Assembly: GCF_048593235.1 (NCBI RefSeq)
Contig: NC_133619.1
Span: forward strand, 651,040,558-651,104,557
Reading direction: 5' to 3'
Source of the DNA: Sminthopsis crassicaudata
Taxonomy: Eukaryota
DNA: 64,000 nucleotides
A program made the position numbers and the translations under genes. Under the pieces are notes generated by a model, which saw only the letters and a program-made list of their open reading frames with translations, was not told the origin of the DNA and ran no database searches. The first letter of the stretch is position 1, and every line of letters starts with the position of its first letter. Positions 1 to 12,019 of this stretch are shown in pieces.

Positions 1-116
1 CCAAGGGGAGAAGAGCAGCCTGGAGGAGGGGGTTCTCCCTCAGCACCCCAAACACCTGAAAGGAAGGAATCCTGTCCTGGGACCTGACCCTCCAGTCTGG
101 GACAAGCTGGAAGAGG

Positions 117-660
117 TATCAAGGTCCAGCCTAGCTCCTCTGAAGGGCTCAGAATAAGTCCTTGCCCCACATTGGGCGCCAAATTGTAATGTCCTGTTGT
201 CTCAATTATAATCCTTCTCTGGGAGGAGGATTCTTTTCTCTTTGAATCTTTTCCTCTGTGAGCAGGTTTCTTCACAGGGTTCTGGAGCCTCCAACCAGGG
301 CAAAGGTAGAATCTTGACTCCTCTTCTTCCTGAATCTTGTCTCTGAATCTCCTCCAGTTTCCCTGAAGTTCTCCTGGTTAGTCTTGCCCTTGACCCTAAT
401 CCAGACTGCTTCTCCAGGCCCAATGTTGTCTTCTTTTATCCTCCCAGAGAATGAAATTGTGAGAACTCCCAGGCCCTTGTGGGAAGTCCTTCAACCAATA
501 AACTTGCTCATTTAAAGGTTGTGTAAACTCCTTTTCCGAACTCCTGTTAAAGGTATAAACTCCTTTAAATGTGTAAACTCCTTTTCAGAAGTCTAAAAGT
601 GTGAACTCTGAGCTACAGAATTGTTTAGACAACTTGAATTATCACCTTGTAATCCTAACA
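117..660 (+). mobile_element. Solo LTR about 600 bp upstream of receptor A
   Basis: Absent from the paralogous promoter copy at 11630-11650 (aagctgg gagagg gaatccc). Flanked by imperfect 6-bp duplication aagagg/gagaga, ends in ...ctaaca, AATAAA at 497-502. Confidence 0.7.
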
Positions 661-1256
661 GAGAGAGAATCCCAGACCTCCCATGTACAGAAGGCAGAGG
701 CCCAGGCAGTCCTGAGGATGGGCTGGAGCCAACAAGTTCTTGGGGAAACTCCAGAACAGACCCTCCCCCCACCCCTGGGCCCTAAGGCAGCAGCTCCCCA
801 AGCAACCCCCTCATCAGCCCCTTATTTGAAGGTTTAGTTTTAACTCCTTAGTGACCAGCACACAGGAAAGCTCTGCTGAGCTGGGGATGGAGCCCAGGCC
901 CAAAGAGCCAGGGCTGGGGGGCAGGATCTGGTCCTCAGGGTCAGATTCACAGACCTCTAGGGAGCCCAACAACTGCCAATTGGGAGGGGTGGGGGTCTGT
1001 GAGACTGACCCCTCCTACTTCCCTGGGGATCTTTCCCAAGTTCTGGGGCCAGAATTAGCACCAAAAAAGCAAGAATTGTTCCATCTGTTACAAGGTGACT
1101 GCCCCACCCCTCGCCCACAGCATGGGGGCAGCACCCACAGAGTGGAAGGGGAAGTGAAACTCCCCAGAATTTGGGAACCTCAGAGCAGAGCCAGTCCTGC
1201 TGCCATCCTGTGTCCCTGTCTGGGTCAGCTAGCAGCCCACTCCCACAGGGAACATC

Positions 1257-4200
1257 ATGAGCCCTGCCCTCTCTATCCTGCTATGCCTTGGTGAGTCGTA
1301 AGAACCCCACAATGGAGGGGACCTTACAAAGCCCCAATTTCAGCCCGCCCAACCCCATTTTGTGGGGAGAAGTGGCCTGACAAGTCAGAGATCAGCCAAC
1401 AAGATGGGGGAGGGGGGAGCTGGAAGCCCGGGGGGTCCCTGAGCCAGCTCTGGCTCCTGTCTCCTTGCTCCGGGGGTGCTGGGCGGGGAGGGTGCGGGCG
1501 CTGACCCACAGTAATCAGGCTCCTCTCTGCCAGGGCTGTGTCTGGGCCACAGGATGAGGGTGCAGGCGGGTGAGTCCTTCCCCCCAGAGCAGACAGCTCC
1601 CCCGGGGAGGGAGGTGGGGGCGGTCTGGGCTGCACTGGCAGGGCTTGAAGGGGGGACCCGGTTTGGGGGGGCCCAGAGCAGGGGGATCCCCTGGAGCTGA
1701 CAGCTCTCATTCCCTTCCAGGCCCGCTTCCCAGACCCTCCCTCAGGGCAGAGAATGGGCCACTAGGGCCCCTAGGGAGAAGGGTGAGCTTCAGGTGCCGG
1801 GGGTCACCGGGGATTGCTGAATACCTTCTAGAGAAAAAGCTGGGACGTGAATTAAAAGTTATAGACTACATGCTGTCAGAGGAAGCTGAGGTCAACTTTT
1901 CCATCCCAAAGATGACACTGAAAGATGCAGGAATCTACTTCTGCCACTATAGAACAGCTTCGCACTGGTCAGAGCGCAGTAACTTCCTAGAGCTGGTGGT
2001 CACAGGTGAGGAAGTCCAGGTCCCTCTGCCCCTCAGGCAGGGCCGGCGCAGGGTCCCAGAGGCCCCTGAACTTCTCCCCAGCCCAGCCTGGTCCCAAGCT
2101 GCCGTCTGACCCTGCCCTTCTGCCCTTTCCCTTGTTCCTGCCTCTGCTCTGCCTCTGGGCTAGAAGTGGGGGAAGGGAATCAGCATTTATGGCAGCACCT
2201 ACTGTGTGCCAAACATTTTGCATTATTATGCCATGAGAGCCTCATAATAACTCTGCCAGCTGAATGCTATCCCATCTTACAGGTGGGGAAACTGAGGTGA
2301 ACAGAGAGGAAGTGACTAGTTTAGGATCATCTTGCTGGAAAATGTCTGAGGCTGGATTTGAACTCAGGATCTTCATGACTCCAGGCCAGGGCTTTAGCCT
2401 CTGGGTCTCCAGCTCCCTCAATCAGCTCCTATTTGGGGGCATTGTGGAGGCAGGAGGCTCAGCTTGGGGCTCAGGAGCCCAAATAGAGCTGTTGGTTGCC
2501 TGGGGAGGAGGCACGGGGCTGATGGGTCCTTTCCCCCTCTCAGCCCTGACCCTCTCAAGCCAGAGGAGGGGCCTGGTGCTGCTCTGTGCCCTCCCACAGC
2601 TCAGACCTGGGCACAGGGAGGGGAGGGGGTGTCACCTCTGGGTAGCTCCAGGGTCTCTTTGGGACTTCAGGTAGGAGGGAACTGGGAATCCCAGCCAAGC
2701 CTCTTATTGTCCATCCCAGGCACCTGCCCAGGGTCCACAGTGAGAGCAGCCTCTGCTTGGGGGTCATAGCCCAGCCCCCTTCCAGGGAGGAAGCCTCCCG
2801 GACCATGGTTCCTTCCCCAGAACTGACCCAAATTTGTGTCTGTCTCTGAATGTCCCTGTCCCTTGTCTTTCTCTTGGTGTCTTTTTCCGTCTGTCTTTCT
2901 TTGCTCCTCCCTCTCCCCCATCTCTTCCTCTCTTCCTCCCTCACTCTCTCTGTCTCTCCCCCTCCTCTCTCTCTCTCTGTCTCTCCCCCACTCTCTTTCC
3001 TTCTCTCTCTTCCTGCCCTCAGGCTTTTTCCCTCCCCCTACTCAAGCACCCACTTTCCTCTCTTCCCCCAGAGGTTTCCAAGGCACTTTTTTTACCCAAA
3101 ACCCTACAATATTTGTATTATTCTGGATGTGAGTTGAATCTCCAACCCATCCTGGGGTCCAGGCAGGCCTAGGCCACCTCCTAGCAGTAAGGATCTGCCC
3201 CCCCCAAAAAATAGAAGCCTTACAGCCCTAACTCCAGCCCCTCCCCCCAGAGCGGTACCACCCGCCCTCCCTCTCAGCCTGGCCCGGCTCCACGGTGGCC
3301 GAAGGACAGAACGTGAGCCTCCAGTGCCGGGCCGAGAAGGGATATGACCGCTCTGCCCTGTACAAGGACGGAGAACAAGTCACCAAAACCACGGCCCAGC
3401 TCCAAGGACGGGGCTCTCAGGCCAGTTTCCTCATCCCTGCTGTAACTTCTGCCCACGGAGGGACTTACCGATGCTTCAGCTTTCAGAGTCGCTCCCCCCA
3501 TGAGTGGTCATTCCCCAGTGACCCCCTGGAGCTCAGGGTCACAGGTGAGAGACCCCGGCCCTCCCCCTTCCTCCCAGCCCTTGTAAGCTTCCTCCCTGGT
3601 CCTGGGGCACCAGGCTGCCTGCTCAGAGCACTGCCCTAGGGGCCCCCAGGGGCCAGCAGGGCTGGGGGGGGGTGAAGCACAGAAGGAGGGCACAAAGGAT
3701 CTGGGCAATGGTTGGGGCTCAGAGAAGGCAGGCCCTGGGGCCTCTGCTCCATGGCCCGTCTGGACTCCTCCCCCTTAGCGGCCAGTCCAGTTACCCACAC
3801 ACAGATAAGCTCTCTCCAGGTCCCAGGAAAGGGGTTGAGGAGGGCAGAGAAGGGGTGAGTCAGTGGGGGAGAGTAATACCCACAAGCCCTTCTTTGTTTC
3901 AGGAAACTCAAAGGATCCTCCCCTCCCCCACAGCCCTGGAGACACCCAAGCTCTGACAGCCTCCCCACCCAGTGAGTAACCAGGCATCCTCAGCACAGGG
4001 GGGGAGTCCCTCTCCCCTCTTCCTCTCCTGCTGTTGCTGCCTAAGCCAAGGCTCCCTCCTGTCTCTGAGAATGAGGAGGGATGGAGGGCTGGGACACAGC
4101 CAGGAGGAACTTCAATTGGGGAAGGAGGAAGATCCCGGCCAGCCAGGAAGGGGGCTGGGGAGGGCGGAGCAGAGATGGGGGAGGCAGCCCCAAGTCTGCT

Positions 4201-5791
4201 CCCTTCTCTATCCTTTTCTGGAGCCCCTGTCCCCCCCCCCATGCAGCCACAGCAGGGACGACGGGGAGGGGCTCTGCTTCTGCCATCCCTGCTTCCCCAC
4301 TGATGAGGGAGGGGTTACTCAGATGCCCTCAGCCCAATTCCTCTAAGCTGGAAGTGATAGGGCCCAGCTTCTGGGAGGAATGTAGCAGTAATCCTGAGGC
4401 CCCAGAGCTTCAGAGGGCTACTGTTCTGACAAGCTGTCATTGTCCCTAAAGCTTCCTAACTTCAGGAATGCTGTGATAATCTCCTGCAAACTTTCCTGAC
4501 TGCCAGACAACAATCTCTGGGGCTGTGACATTAGGGTTTCTGAGACAACTGGTGAGGTGCATACCAGACCCCTCCCCAGTTCTGCTCCTGGGCCATAAAA
4601 TTAGCAGATCCACCGGTGACATGAAGAACCAGATCTGTCTTTTCCTGTAAAATTATCTTCTTGCTCCTGGTTCTTTGCTAAATCCCTCTGAAACTTATCC
4701 CACTTCAATTAGCTTACAAGTATGTGAATGTTGGCCTTTGACTTGGAGATGGGGTCAAACCTGCAAATTCTTTTGGGACACCTTGAGACCCCAGTCTGTC
4801 ATGGGCCAGAACTCTGGAGAAGTATCCTGAAGGCTCAGTATGATTGATTTAGTGTTACAATAAGGGGTTAACTCAGTGCAATTGATGAGACAATGGTTAT
4901 CTAGTCTTACATGTACTTGGTACTTCATATAGTATCCGTCCCAAGATATCATCCATATAATGTAACAATATTACTTTTGGAAAGGCTTTTCTTACTGGAG
5001 CATGAGCAGCAGCAACATACATTTGGCACGTAGTAGGGCTGTTTTTTCATTCCCTGTGGCAAAACTGTCCATTCATATCTTTTCTAAGGCTCAGCTAGTT
5101 AACTAAGTTAACGCTGGGCACTGAGAAGGCAAAACTTTTCATATCCTCCTTATATTGAGGAATAGAATAGAAACAATCCTTAACGTCTATAACCCAAGGA
5201 GGCCATTCTCTAGGCAACTGAGTAGGAGATGGAAGTCCAGGCTGAAGAGTTCCCATAGTTTCCATCTGTTCATTTACTCTTCTTAGATCAGTTAACATCC
5301 TCCCTTTTCCAGATTTCTTTCTTACAACAAATACTGGGGAATTCTAAGGACTTAGAGAAGGTTGTAAGTGTCCTTGGTCAAGTTCCTCCTGTCCTATATC
5401 TAATAAGGCCTGAACTTTTTCACTTTGAAAGGGCCACTGTTCTAGCCACACTGGTGTATCAGTTTTCCTTTGAATGGGAACAGGTGAGAGTGTGGGCAGT
5501 CCTTCACCTGCAGCCCTGCCTAAAAAATGGAGGAAGCTGAGGAATCCTGCCCCCACTGATGGGGGCCTGAGATCTGGGGGTCTTGTGCCTCTCCCAGTGA
5601 CTTCTCTCCTCCTCCCAGATCCTGCACCCCAAGATTACACGGTGGGCAACGTCATCCGCCTCAGCCTGGCCGGGCTGGTGCTCATCCTCCTGGGGGTCCT
5701 GCTGGCTGAAGCCTGGAATAGCTCCAAGGGACACCCAGGGGGAGCTCCTGCACCTTCTGATACAAGGGAAGGTAGAGCTGGGGGGCACTGA
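1257..5791 (+). CDS. Receptor A: activating two-Ig LRC-family (GP6/LILRA-like) receptor, about 296 aa
   Basis: Exons 1257-1290 ([11 protein letters not shown]), 1534-1569 (36-nt mini-exon), 1721-2005 (Ig D1), 3251-3544 (Ig D2), 3903-3971 (Pro/Ser/Thr stalk), 5619-5791 (TM and tail). All GT-AG, phase 1, 891 nt open. [31 protein letters not shown] has the Arg typical of FcR-gamma-coupled LILRA/GP6/OSCAR/FCAR. No Tyr motif in the tail. Confidence 0.88.
2180..2390. mobile_element. MIR/Mar1-like SINE remnant in receptor A intron 3
   Basis: Core-SINE-like motifs cccatcttacaggtggggaaactgagg and ggatttgaactcagg. Similar remnants near 26100-26220, 37010-37130, 39360-39410, 39670-39770 and 48520-48550. 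Confidence 0.45.
2860..3010. repeat. CT-rich low-complexity tract in receptor A intron 3
   Basis: (CT)n/(CTCCC)n-like sequence; the ORFs over it are compositional artefacts. Confidence 0.85.
4797..4935 (+). mobile_element. 5' fragment of an LTR of the same family as 25376-26086
   Basis: Starts tgtcatgggccagaactctg (vs tgttatgggccagaactctg at 25376) and shares gagacaatggttatct. Confidence 0.6.
4941..5500 (-). pseudogene. Betaretrovirus-like (class II ERV) reverse transcriptase fragment
   Basis: Minus-strand translation gives [44 protein letters not shown] and [10 protein letters not shown] (YMDD at 4948-4959). Contains stops and a frameshift in an A-run near 5042-5047. Confidence 0.9.
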
Positions 5792-7745
5792 AGGTGCAGA
5801 TTCCAAAGACTCTGGGAGTTCTGCCCACACCCAGACAGGAAGGATCCAGCATTTGGGGGGTCTGCACCAATCTCATCATTTGGTGGCGAGTGTCCACACC
5901 ATCCCCATCAAGGGTATGGCAGGAGCAATCCACCTGAGCCTCCTCTTGCATGCCTTTGGCCATCCTGGCTCTGGGGCCCTAAGCCCACCCTGACCAGCAG
6001 CAGGACCTCTGCTTCCCCCCACAACCTCTCCCAAATCAGATTCCCCACGCCCAGGACAAGCCTTCCCTCAGCTGGCCCGGCCCACAAACCCTCTCTGCCC
6101 CGAGCTCTCCTCACGTCTGCTGCCTGCAGTTGCAGACCCGGCTTCCTGAGGTGCACAAGAAGGCATCTGCACCCCTGGGTTCCTGAGGAGACCAGAGTCA
6201 ACCTTCCTGTGGGAATCTGAAGGAGCTGCCCTTGCTTCCACCTGTAGCTGGCCTTCATCACAGCTTGAGGCTCTTGTCTCAGATGCTAAACATGCCCCTT
6301 GCCCATGACCACCAGTGTCCCCAGAGGGCGCCCTTCACCCAAGGGGCGGAAGTCCCAATTCTCTCCTCAAAGGTCCAGATTTTGCTCCATGGCCCTGCCT
6401 GGGGGAGTCAGTGAAGGGGGAGAGATGAGACATGCACTCCTCTAGCATCCAGCTGCTGAAGAACAGCACCATTCCAGTCCCTGCCAGGAAGAAGCACCCA
6501 GGACAGGAGCTGCCCATCTCCACTGGCTCCCTGGGGGAATTTCCCCTTGGCTGAGACCTAGTGCTCCTTCTTCTGGCTGAGCTGAGCCACCTCCTTCTCA
6601 GGGGGAAAAAGACCTTTACCCATTTACCTGCCCCATGTGCTCCCATGGATCCCTTCTTTCACTTCTGTGGTGCTGTACCCCTGGATAAATGGTTCTTTGC
6701 TATTGGCTGAGAGTATTCACTGTGGAATAGGCATCTGGAGGGAAGAGAGCCCAGCCTTCCACAGGTAGCTTGGGGCTCTCTTTGCCCACTGAGGGATAGA
6801 GACCAGGAGTGCTTAAAGCTAAAAGGCATTTGTGAGCCACCTATAGAATTGTGTTTCCATAAATGGACAAAGACAAAGGTCACATCCGCTGAACAAGTTA
6901 GTTGTACAAAAGAAGCTTTCGAGCTTCTAAACTCATAGACTGACCAAAAATCACCCCAAAACAAGAAGAGGGAAAGGCAACTGCAAGCACTGAGTGGGCA
7001 TGCTTAATGAGTCAATCGGCAATCCCAAAGGAGGAGCTTCTGCCATTTTGAACATGGATTGCCTGATGAGGGAGAGTTAACATGTCAAAGAAGAACATGC
7101 AATGGGAAGACCAGGAAGGCTGTTAACTTTGTCCTCCCCAGCCAGTTGGGGTGATGAGGGAGAGACTCTGCTTCTGGATAAGAAATAAAAGGCTCAGTCC
7201 TGCATCTATAAGTATGGAACCCCCACTATTTTTTACAAGAACCATAAATAAAGCAATGCACTTGTGCAAAAATGTTATTGCAGTCCTAAGTCACAATTAA
7301 GACATAGGTGAAGGCCACATTCCCATGAAATGCCTTCCCTCAGTTTATCCCATTCACCAGTAAAAAACATAAAAGGAATAAATTCTCTCTTCATTCCTGA
7401 GTGGAATTAGGATCTGAGATGGGAAAATCTTAGAGTTAAATGGCCAGAGCCCCTTTCTACCAATGTGGCATGGCTTCAAATAAGGAACAGAATAAATGAA
7501 GTCATATATAATTCCAACTTTAATTCAACCTCCACCTGAATTAGCTGCCTTGGCAGAAAACATAGCAAAAAGCAATGGTGCTGAATTGATACCGATAGCA
7601 CAACAAACCAAATATTTGAGTGATTAAAAAAGATAAATCTAGTAAAGAATCTGACTTTTGCCTTTTGTTCCTCTTGCAAGTGTTATTCTTATACTCATTG
7701 GCTTAGTCCCTTGTGCTTTTGGGTGTGTCTTAAAAAGGGGGAAGT

Positions 7746-8235
7746 TGTAGAGGGCCAGTAAGTCCATGAACTACCTGTTCCATCCATGTGCTAGCAGCAC
7801 TTGCCTGGTCTACAAGGTCAAGGTGTCCTATCCTCTGCCTTGGTTGCAAAGAAGTAGTGAGCCTGCCACACATCAATCCTCAACTGCACAGAGTGTGTCA
7901 CACCTGCAGGGCTTATTATCTGCTTTCTGCTAACCCACTGCATAATTTAGGGAGTTAATTATTTTCACCTTTACTAGAAAATTAAGAGGAAACTACAACT
8001 ATCTGGCTATTACTTGGGAACATTCTAAAGCTGTTAACTAAGATTTGTGGAGTTATTATCATGTTAAACCTAAAACTGGTCATTATTGTGTGTGGAGCAG
8101 GAGGGAAGAGGTGAAAGAAGCCTCATCAACTAACCTTCAAGAATGAGAGTGCAGCAGGCTTTTCTCCCTTCACGGAGGTGGGCGGCGCTATCAAACAGCA
8201 CAGCCCACCAAAGCTTTAAGAAGAATGGGGGGTGG
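7746..8235 (+). mobile_element. Probable ERV 3' LTR remnant preceded by a polypurine tract, interrupted by L1
   Basis: aaaaagggggaag (7732-7744) followed by tgtag. A hydrophobic env-TM-like stretch (VILILIGLVPCAFGCVL) lies just upstream. Right boundary uncertain. Confidence 0.4.
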
Positions 8236-10365
8236 CCAAAGACTCTGCTAAAAAGCTATTAGAAATAATTCAGAACTTTAGCAAAGTTGCAGGATACAAA
8301 ATAAATCCACATAAATGCTCAGCATTTTTATACATCACCAACACAATCCAACAGCAAGAAATACAAAGAGAAATTCCATTCAAAATAACTGGCGATAATA
8401 TAAAATATTTGGGAATGTATCTACCAAAGGAAAGTCAGCAATTATATAAGCAAAATTACAAAACACTTGCCACAAAAATAAAGTCAGATTTAAATAATTG
8501 GAAAGACATTAAGTGCTCTTGGATAGGCCGAGCAAATATAATAAAGATGACAATACTCCCTAAACTAATCTATTTATTTAGTGCTATACCAATCAGACTC
8601 CCAAGAAACTAGTTTAATGACCTAGAAAAAATAATAACAAAATTCATATGGAAGAACAAAAGGTGGAGAATTTCAAGGGAAGTAATGAAAAAAAATTAAA
8701 TGAAGGTGGTCTAGCTGTACCTGATCTAGAACTGTATTATAAAGCAACAGTCGCCAAAACCATTTGGTATTGGCTAAGAAATAGACTAGTTGATCAGTGG
8801 ACTATGTTAGGTTCAAGATAGTGAATAAAAATAGCAATCTAGTGTTTGACTAACCCAAAGATCCCAACTTTTGGGATAAGAATTCATTATTTGACAAAAA
8901 GTGCTGGGAAAACTGGAAATTAGTATGGCAGAAACAAGGCATGGACTCACACTTACCACCACATACTAAGATAAGATCAAAATGGGTCCATGATTTAGGC
9001 ATAAAGAACGAGATCATAAATAAATTAGAGGAACAGAGGATAGTCTACCTCTCAGACCTGTGGAGGAGGAAGGAGTTTGTGCCCAAAGGAGAACCAGAGA
9101 TCATTATTGATCACAAAATAGAAAATTTTGATTACATCAAATTAAAAAGCTTTTGTACAAACAAAACTAATGCAAACAAAATTAGAAGGGAAGTAACAAA
9201 TTGGGAAAACATTTTTACAGTTAAAGGTTCTGATAAAGGCCTCATCTCCAAAATATACAGAGAATTGACTCTAATTTATAAGAAATCAAGCCATTCTCCA
9301 ATTGATAAATGGTCAAAGGATATGAATAGACAATTTTCAGATGATGAAATTGAAACTATTTCTAGCCATGTGAAAAGATGCTCCAAATCACTATTAATCA
9401 GAGAAATGCAAATTAAGACAACTCTGAGATACCACTACACACCTGTCAGATTGGCTAAGATGACAGGAACAAATAATAATGAATGTTGGAGGGGCTGTGG
9501 GAAAACTGGGACACTAATACATTGTTGGAGTTGTGAAAGAATCCAGCCATTCTGGAGAGCAATCTGGAATTATGCCCAAAAAGTTATCAAACTATGCATA
9601 CCCTTTGACCCAGCCATACTACTACTGGGCTTATATCCCAAGGAAATACTAAAGAAGGGAAAGGGACCTGTATGTGCCAAAATATTTGTGGCAGCCCTTT
9701 GTGTAGTGGCTAGAAACTGGAAAGTGAATGGATGTCCATCAATTGGAGAATGGCTGAATAAATTGTGGTATATGAATGTTATGGAATCTTATTGTTCTGT
9801 AAGAAATGACCAGCAGGATGAATACAGAGAGGCTTGGAGAGACTTAAATCAACTGATGCTGAGTGAAACGAGCAGAACCAGAAGATCATTATACACTTCA
9901 ACAACAATACTGTATGAGGATGTATTCTGATGGAAGTGGAAATCTTCAACATAGAGAAGAGCTAATCCAATTCCAATTGATTAATGATGGACAGAATCAG
10001 CTACACCCAGAGAAGGAACATTGGGAAATGAGTGTAAACTGTGAGCATTTTTTGTTTTTCTCCGCAGGTTATTTTTACCTTCCGAATCCAATTCTTCCTT
10101 TGCAACAACAACAACAACAACAACAAAATTCGATTCTGCACATATATCTTGTACCTAGGATATAGTATAACATATTTAATATTATGGGAATGCCTGCCAT
10201 GTAGGGGAGGGGATGGAGGGAAGAAGGGGAAAAATTCAGAACAGAAGGGAGTACAAGGGATAATGTTGTCAAAAATTACCTATGCATATGTACTGTCAAA
10301 AAATGTTATAACTATAAAATTAATTTTAAAAAATTAAAAATAAAATAAATTAACACTGAAAAAAA
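8236..10365 (+). mobile_element. 5'-truncated L1 (3' part of ORF2, 3' UTR, poly-A)
   Basis: ORF2 fragments 8232-8612 and 8941-9930 (CWRGCGKTGTLIHCW). Same family as the full-length L1. (CAA)n in the 3' UTR. Imperfect TSD aagaagaatggggggtgg / aagaagagtggaggtgg. Confidence 0.95.
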
Positions 10366-11520
10366 AAGAAGAGTGGAGGTGGGCAACAGCAAGGTCAGTC
10401 CCCTGCCTGGGTCTCTGTTGACTCCCCTTCATTTGTGAACTTGCCAGTTTTCTAGGAACCATCAGGGTAATAAGCAGGGTCATCAGCCCCAAGAACTGGG
10501 CCTGTTTAGGGTTTATAGTTTCTAAACAAGGAACATGTTCACTAAGAATCCCTAAGCTGGTTTAATGATGGATCCTTTGCACCAGGGTGACTTTAAACAT
10601 AAAAGACATTAAAGGAAATCTCCAATGTGAGTGAGTCCTGAGAGGCTTAAGAATAACTCAGTGGAGGCCCGTGGCACCTTCCGGGTCTGAGCCAGCTCTA
10701 AGCTCCCACTGAGCCAGCTCCTGCCTCCTTCAGGGCCTTGGGAACAAGTTGTGCTCAGCCTCCCATTCTGCCATGGAAAGTTGGCTTCTTATCTGCCAGC
10801 TATCCTCCTCCCGCACCAGTGGACTTTGGCCTGGCTTAGGCCGTCTGCCAGAAAGGTTTTGCCAGATGTGGCCATGAGGGGGTGAGAGGGACCCCAGCAA
10901 AGGGAGGCCAGGTGTTTGGTAGCTGGGGAGCTCCTAGGGAGAGGCCTGAATTGCCGTCCAAGACACTGCCTGAGGCAAGCAGGGAGAAGCACTGACTCCT
11001 GAAATGGACCTTTGCTTCTTGAGTGGGCCTTTGGGGCCTTCTCCACTTCCTTGCATTGACAAAATTATCCTGGACCCAGACCCTGTAGCCAGTCAGATGG
11101 CCAGGTTATGATGGCAACCTCTGAGCTTGTTTTTCCCCCATAAAAGAACCTACTTGTTCCCACTTCTCTGAGGGCTCATCAAAAAGTGCCCCCATTATGA
11201 ATGGCACAAACCCTCTAGGCCCCTTGCCTACCTTAGGCATCTATGCCCTTCTTAACAGCCAGTTCCTCTAAGGAACTTAACCTTTGTCTTCCTCCCTGTT
11301 AATGGCTAAAAGTCTCTTTGGGAAATGAGTCTCCTCCCAGCAGGGTCACAAAGTCTTTGCCTCTTGATTTGAAAAAGGTCTAAGGCTACAATTATTTTGA
11401 AGTGCCTTGCAGACCTAGCCCTAAGCCCTAATAAATTTAGGGGTCCAATCACATACCCCAACAGCCACAGTGGGTGCCAGAGCTTCCTGGAGCCACGGGT
11501 AAGAATTGGCTGACTTGTGA

Positions 11521-12019
11521 ACCCCAAGGAGAGATGAGCAGCCCTCACACTGGAGGAGGAGTTTCTCCCTCAGCACCCCATACACCCCAACAGAGGGAAT
11601 CCTGTCCTGGGACCTGACCCTCCAGTCTGGGACAAGCTGGGAGAGGGAATCCCAGACCTCCCATGTACAGAAGGCAGAGGCCCAGGCAGTCCTGAGGATG
11701 GGCTGGAGCCAACAAGTTCTTGGGGAAACTCCAGAACAGACCCTCCCCCCACTCCTGGGCCCTAAGGCAGCAGCTCCCCAAGCAACCCCCCCATCAGCCC
11801 CTTATTTGAAGGTTTAGTTTTAACTCCTTAGTGACCAGCACCCAGGAAGGCTCTGCTGGGCTGGGGACTGAGCCCAGTCTCAACGAGCCATGGCTGGGAG
11901 TAGGGTTCATGCTGATGACAGAATCTGGGTCCAGGGTCAGATTCATAGACCCTTGGGGAGCTCAACACTGCCATTTGGGAGAGGCAGGGGTCTGTGAGGC
12001 TGACACACAGGCTTCCCTG
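11521..12019 (+). repeat. Segmental duplicate of the receptor A upstream region (distal promoter half of receptor B)
   Basis: Aligns with 1-116 plus 661-1025. Continues at 24129 after the provirus. The whole duplicated unit is about 1-6340 vs 11521-30260. Confidence 0.9.

Noticed and set aside
5908-6261. Minus-strand ORF MMKASYRWKQGQ..., repeated at 29836-30174
   Set aside because: Its recurrence is explained by the segmental duplication. The copies differ by an indel, there are no splice or domain signals, and it is antisense to the receptor 3' flank.
10700-11520. Possible gammaretroviral pol remnant on the minus strand
   Set aside because: Only faint motif resemblance; no diagnostic RT, RNase H or integrase motif could be read.
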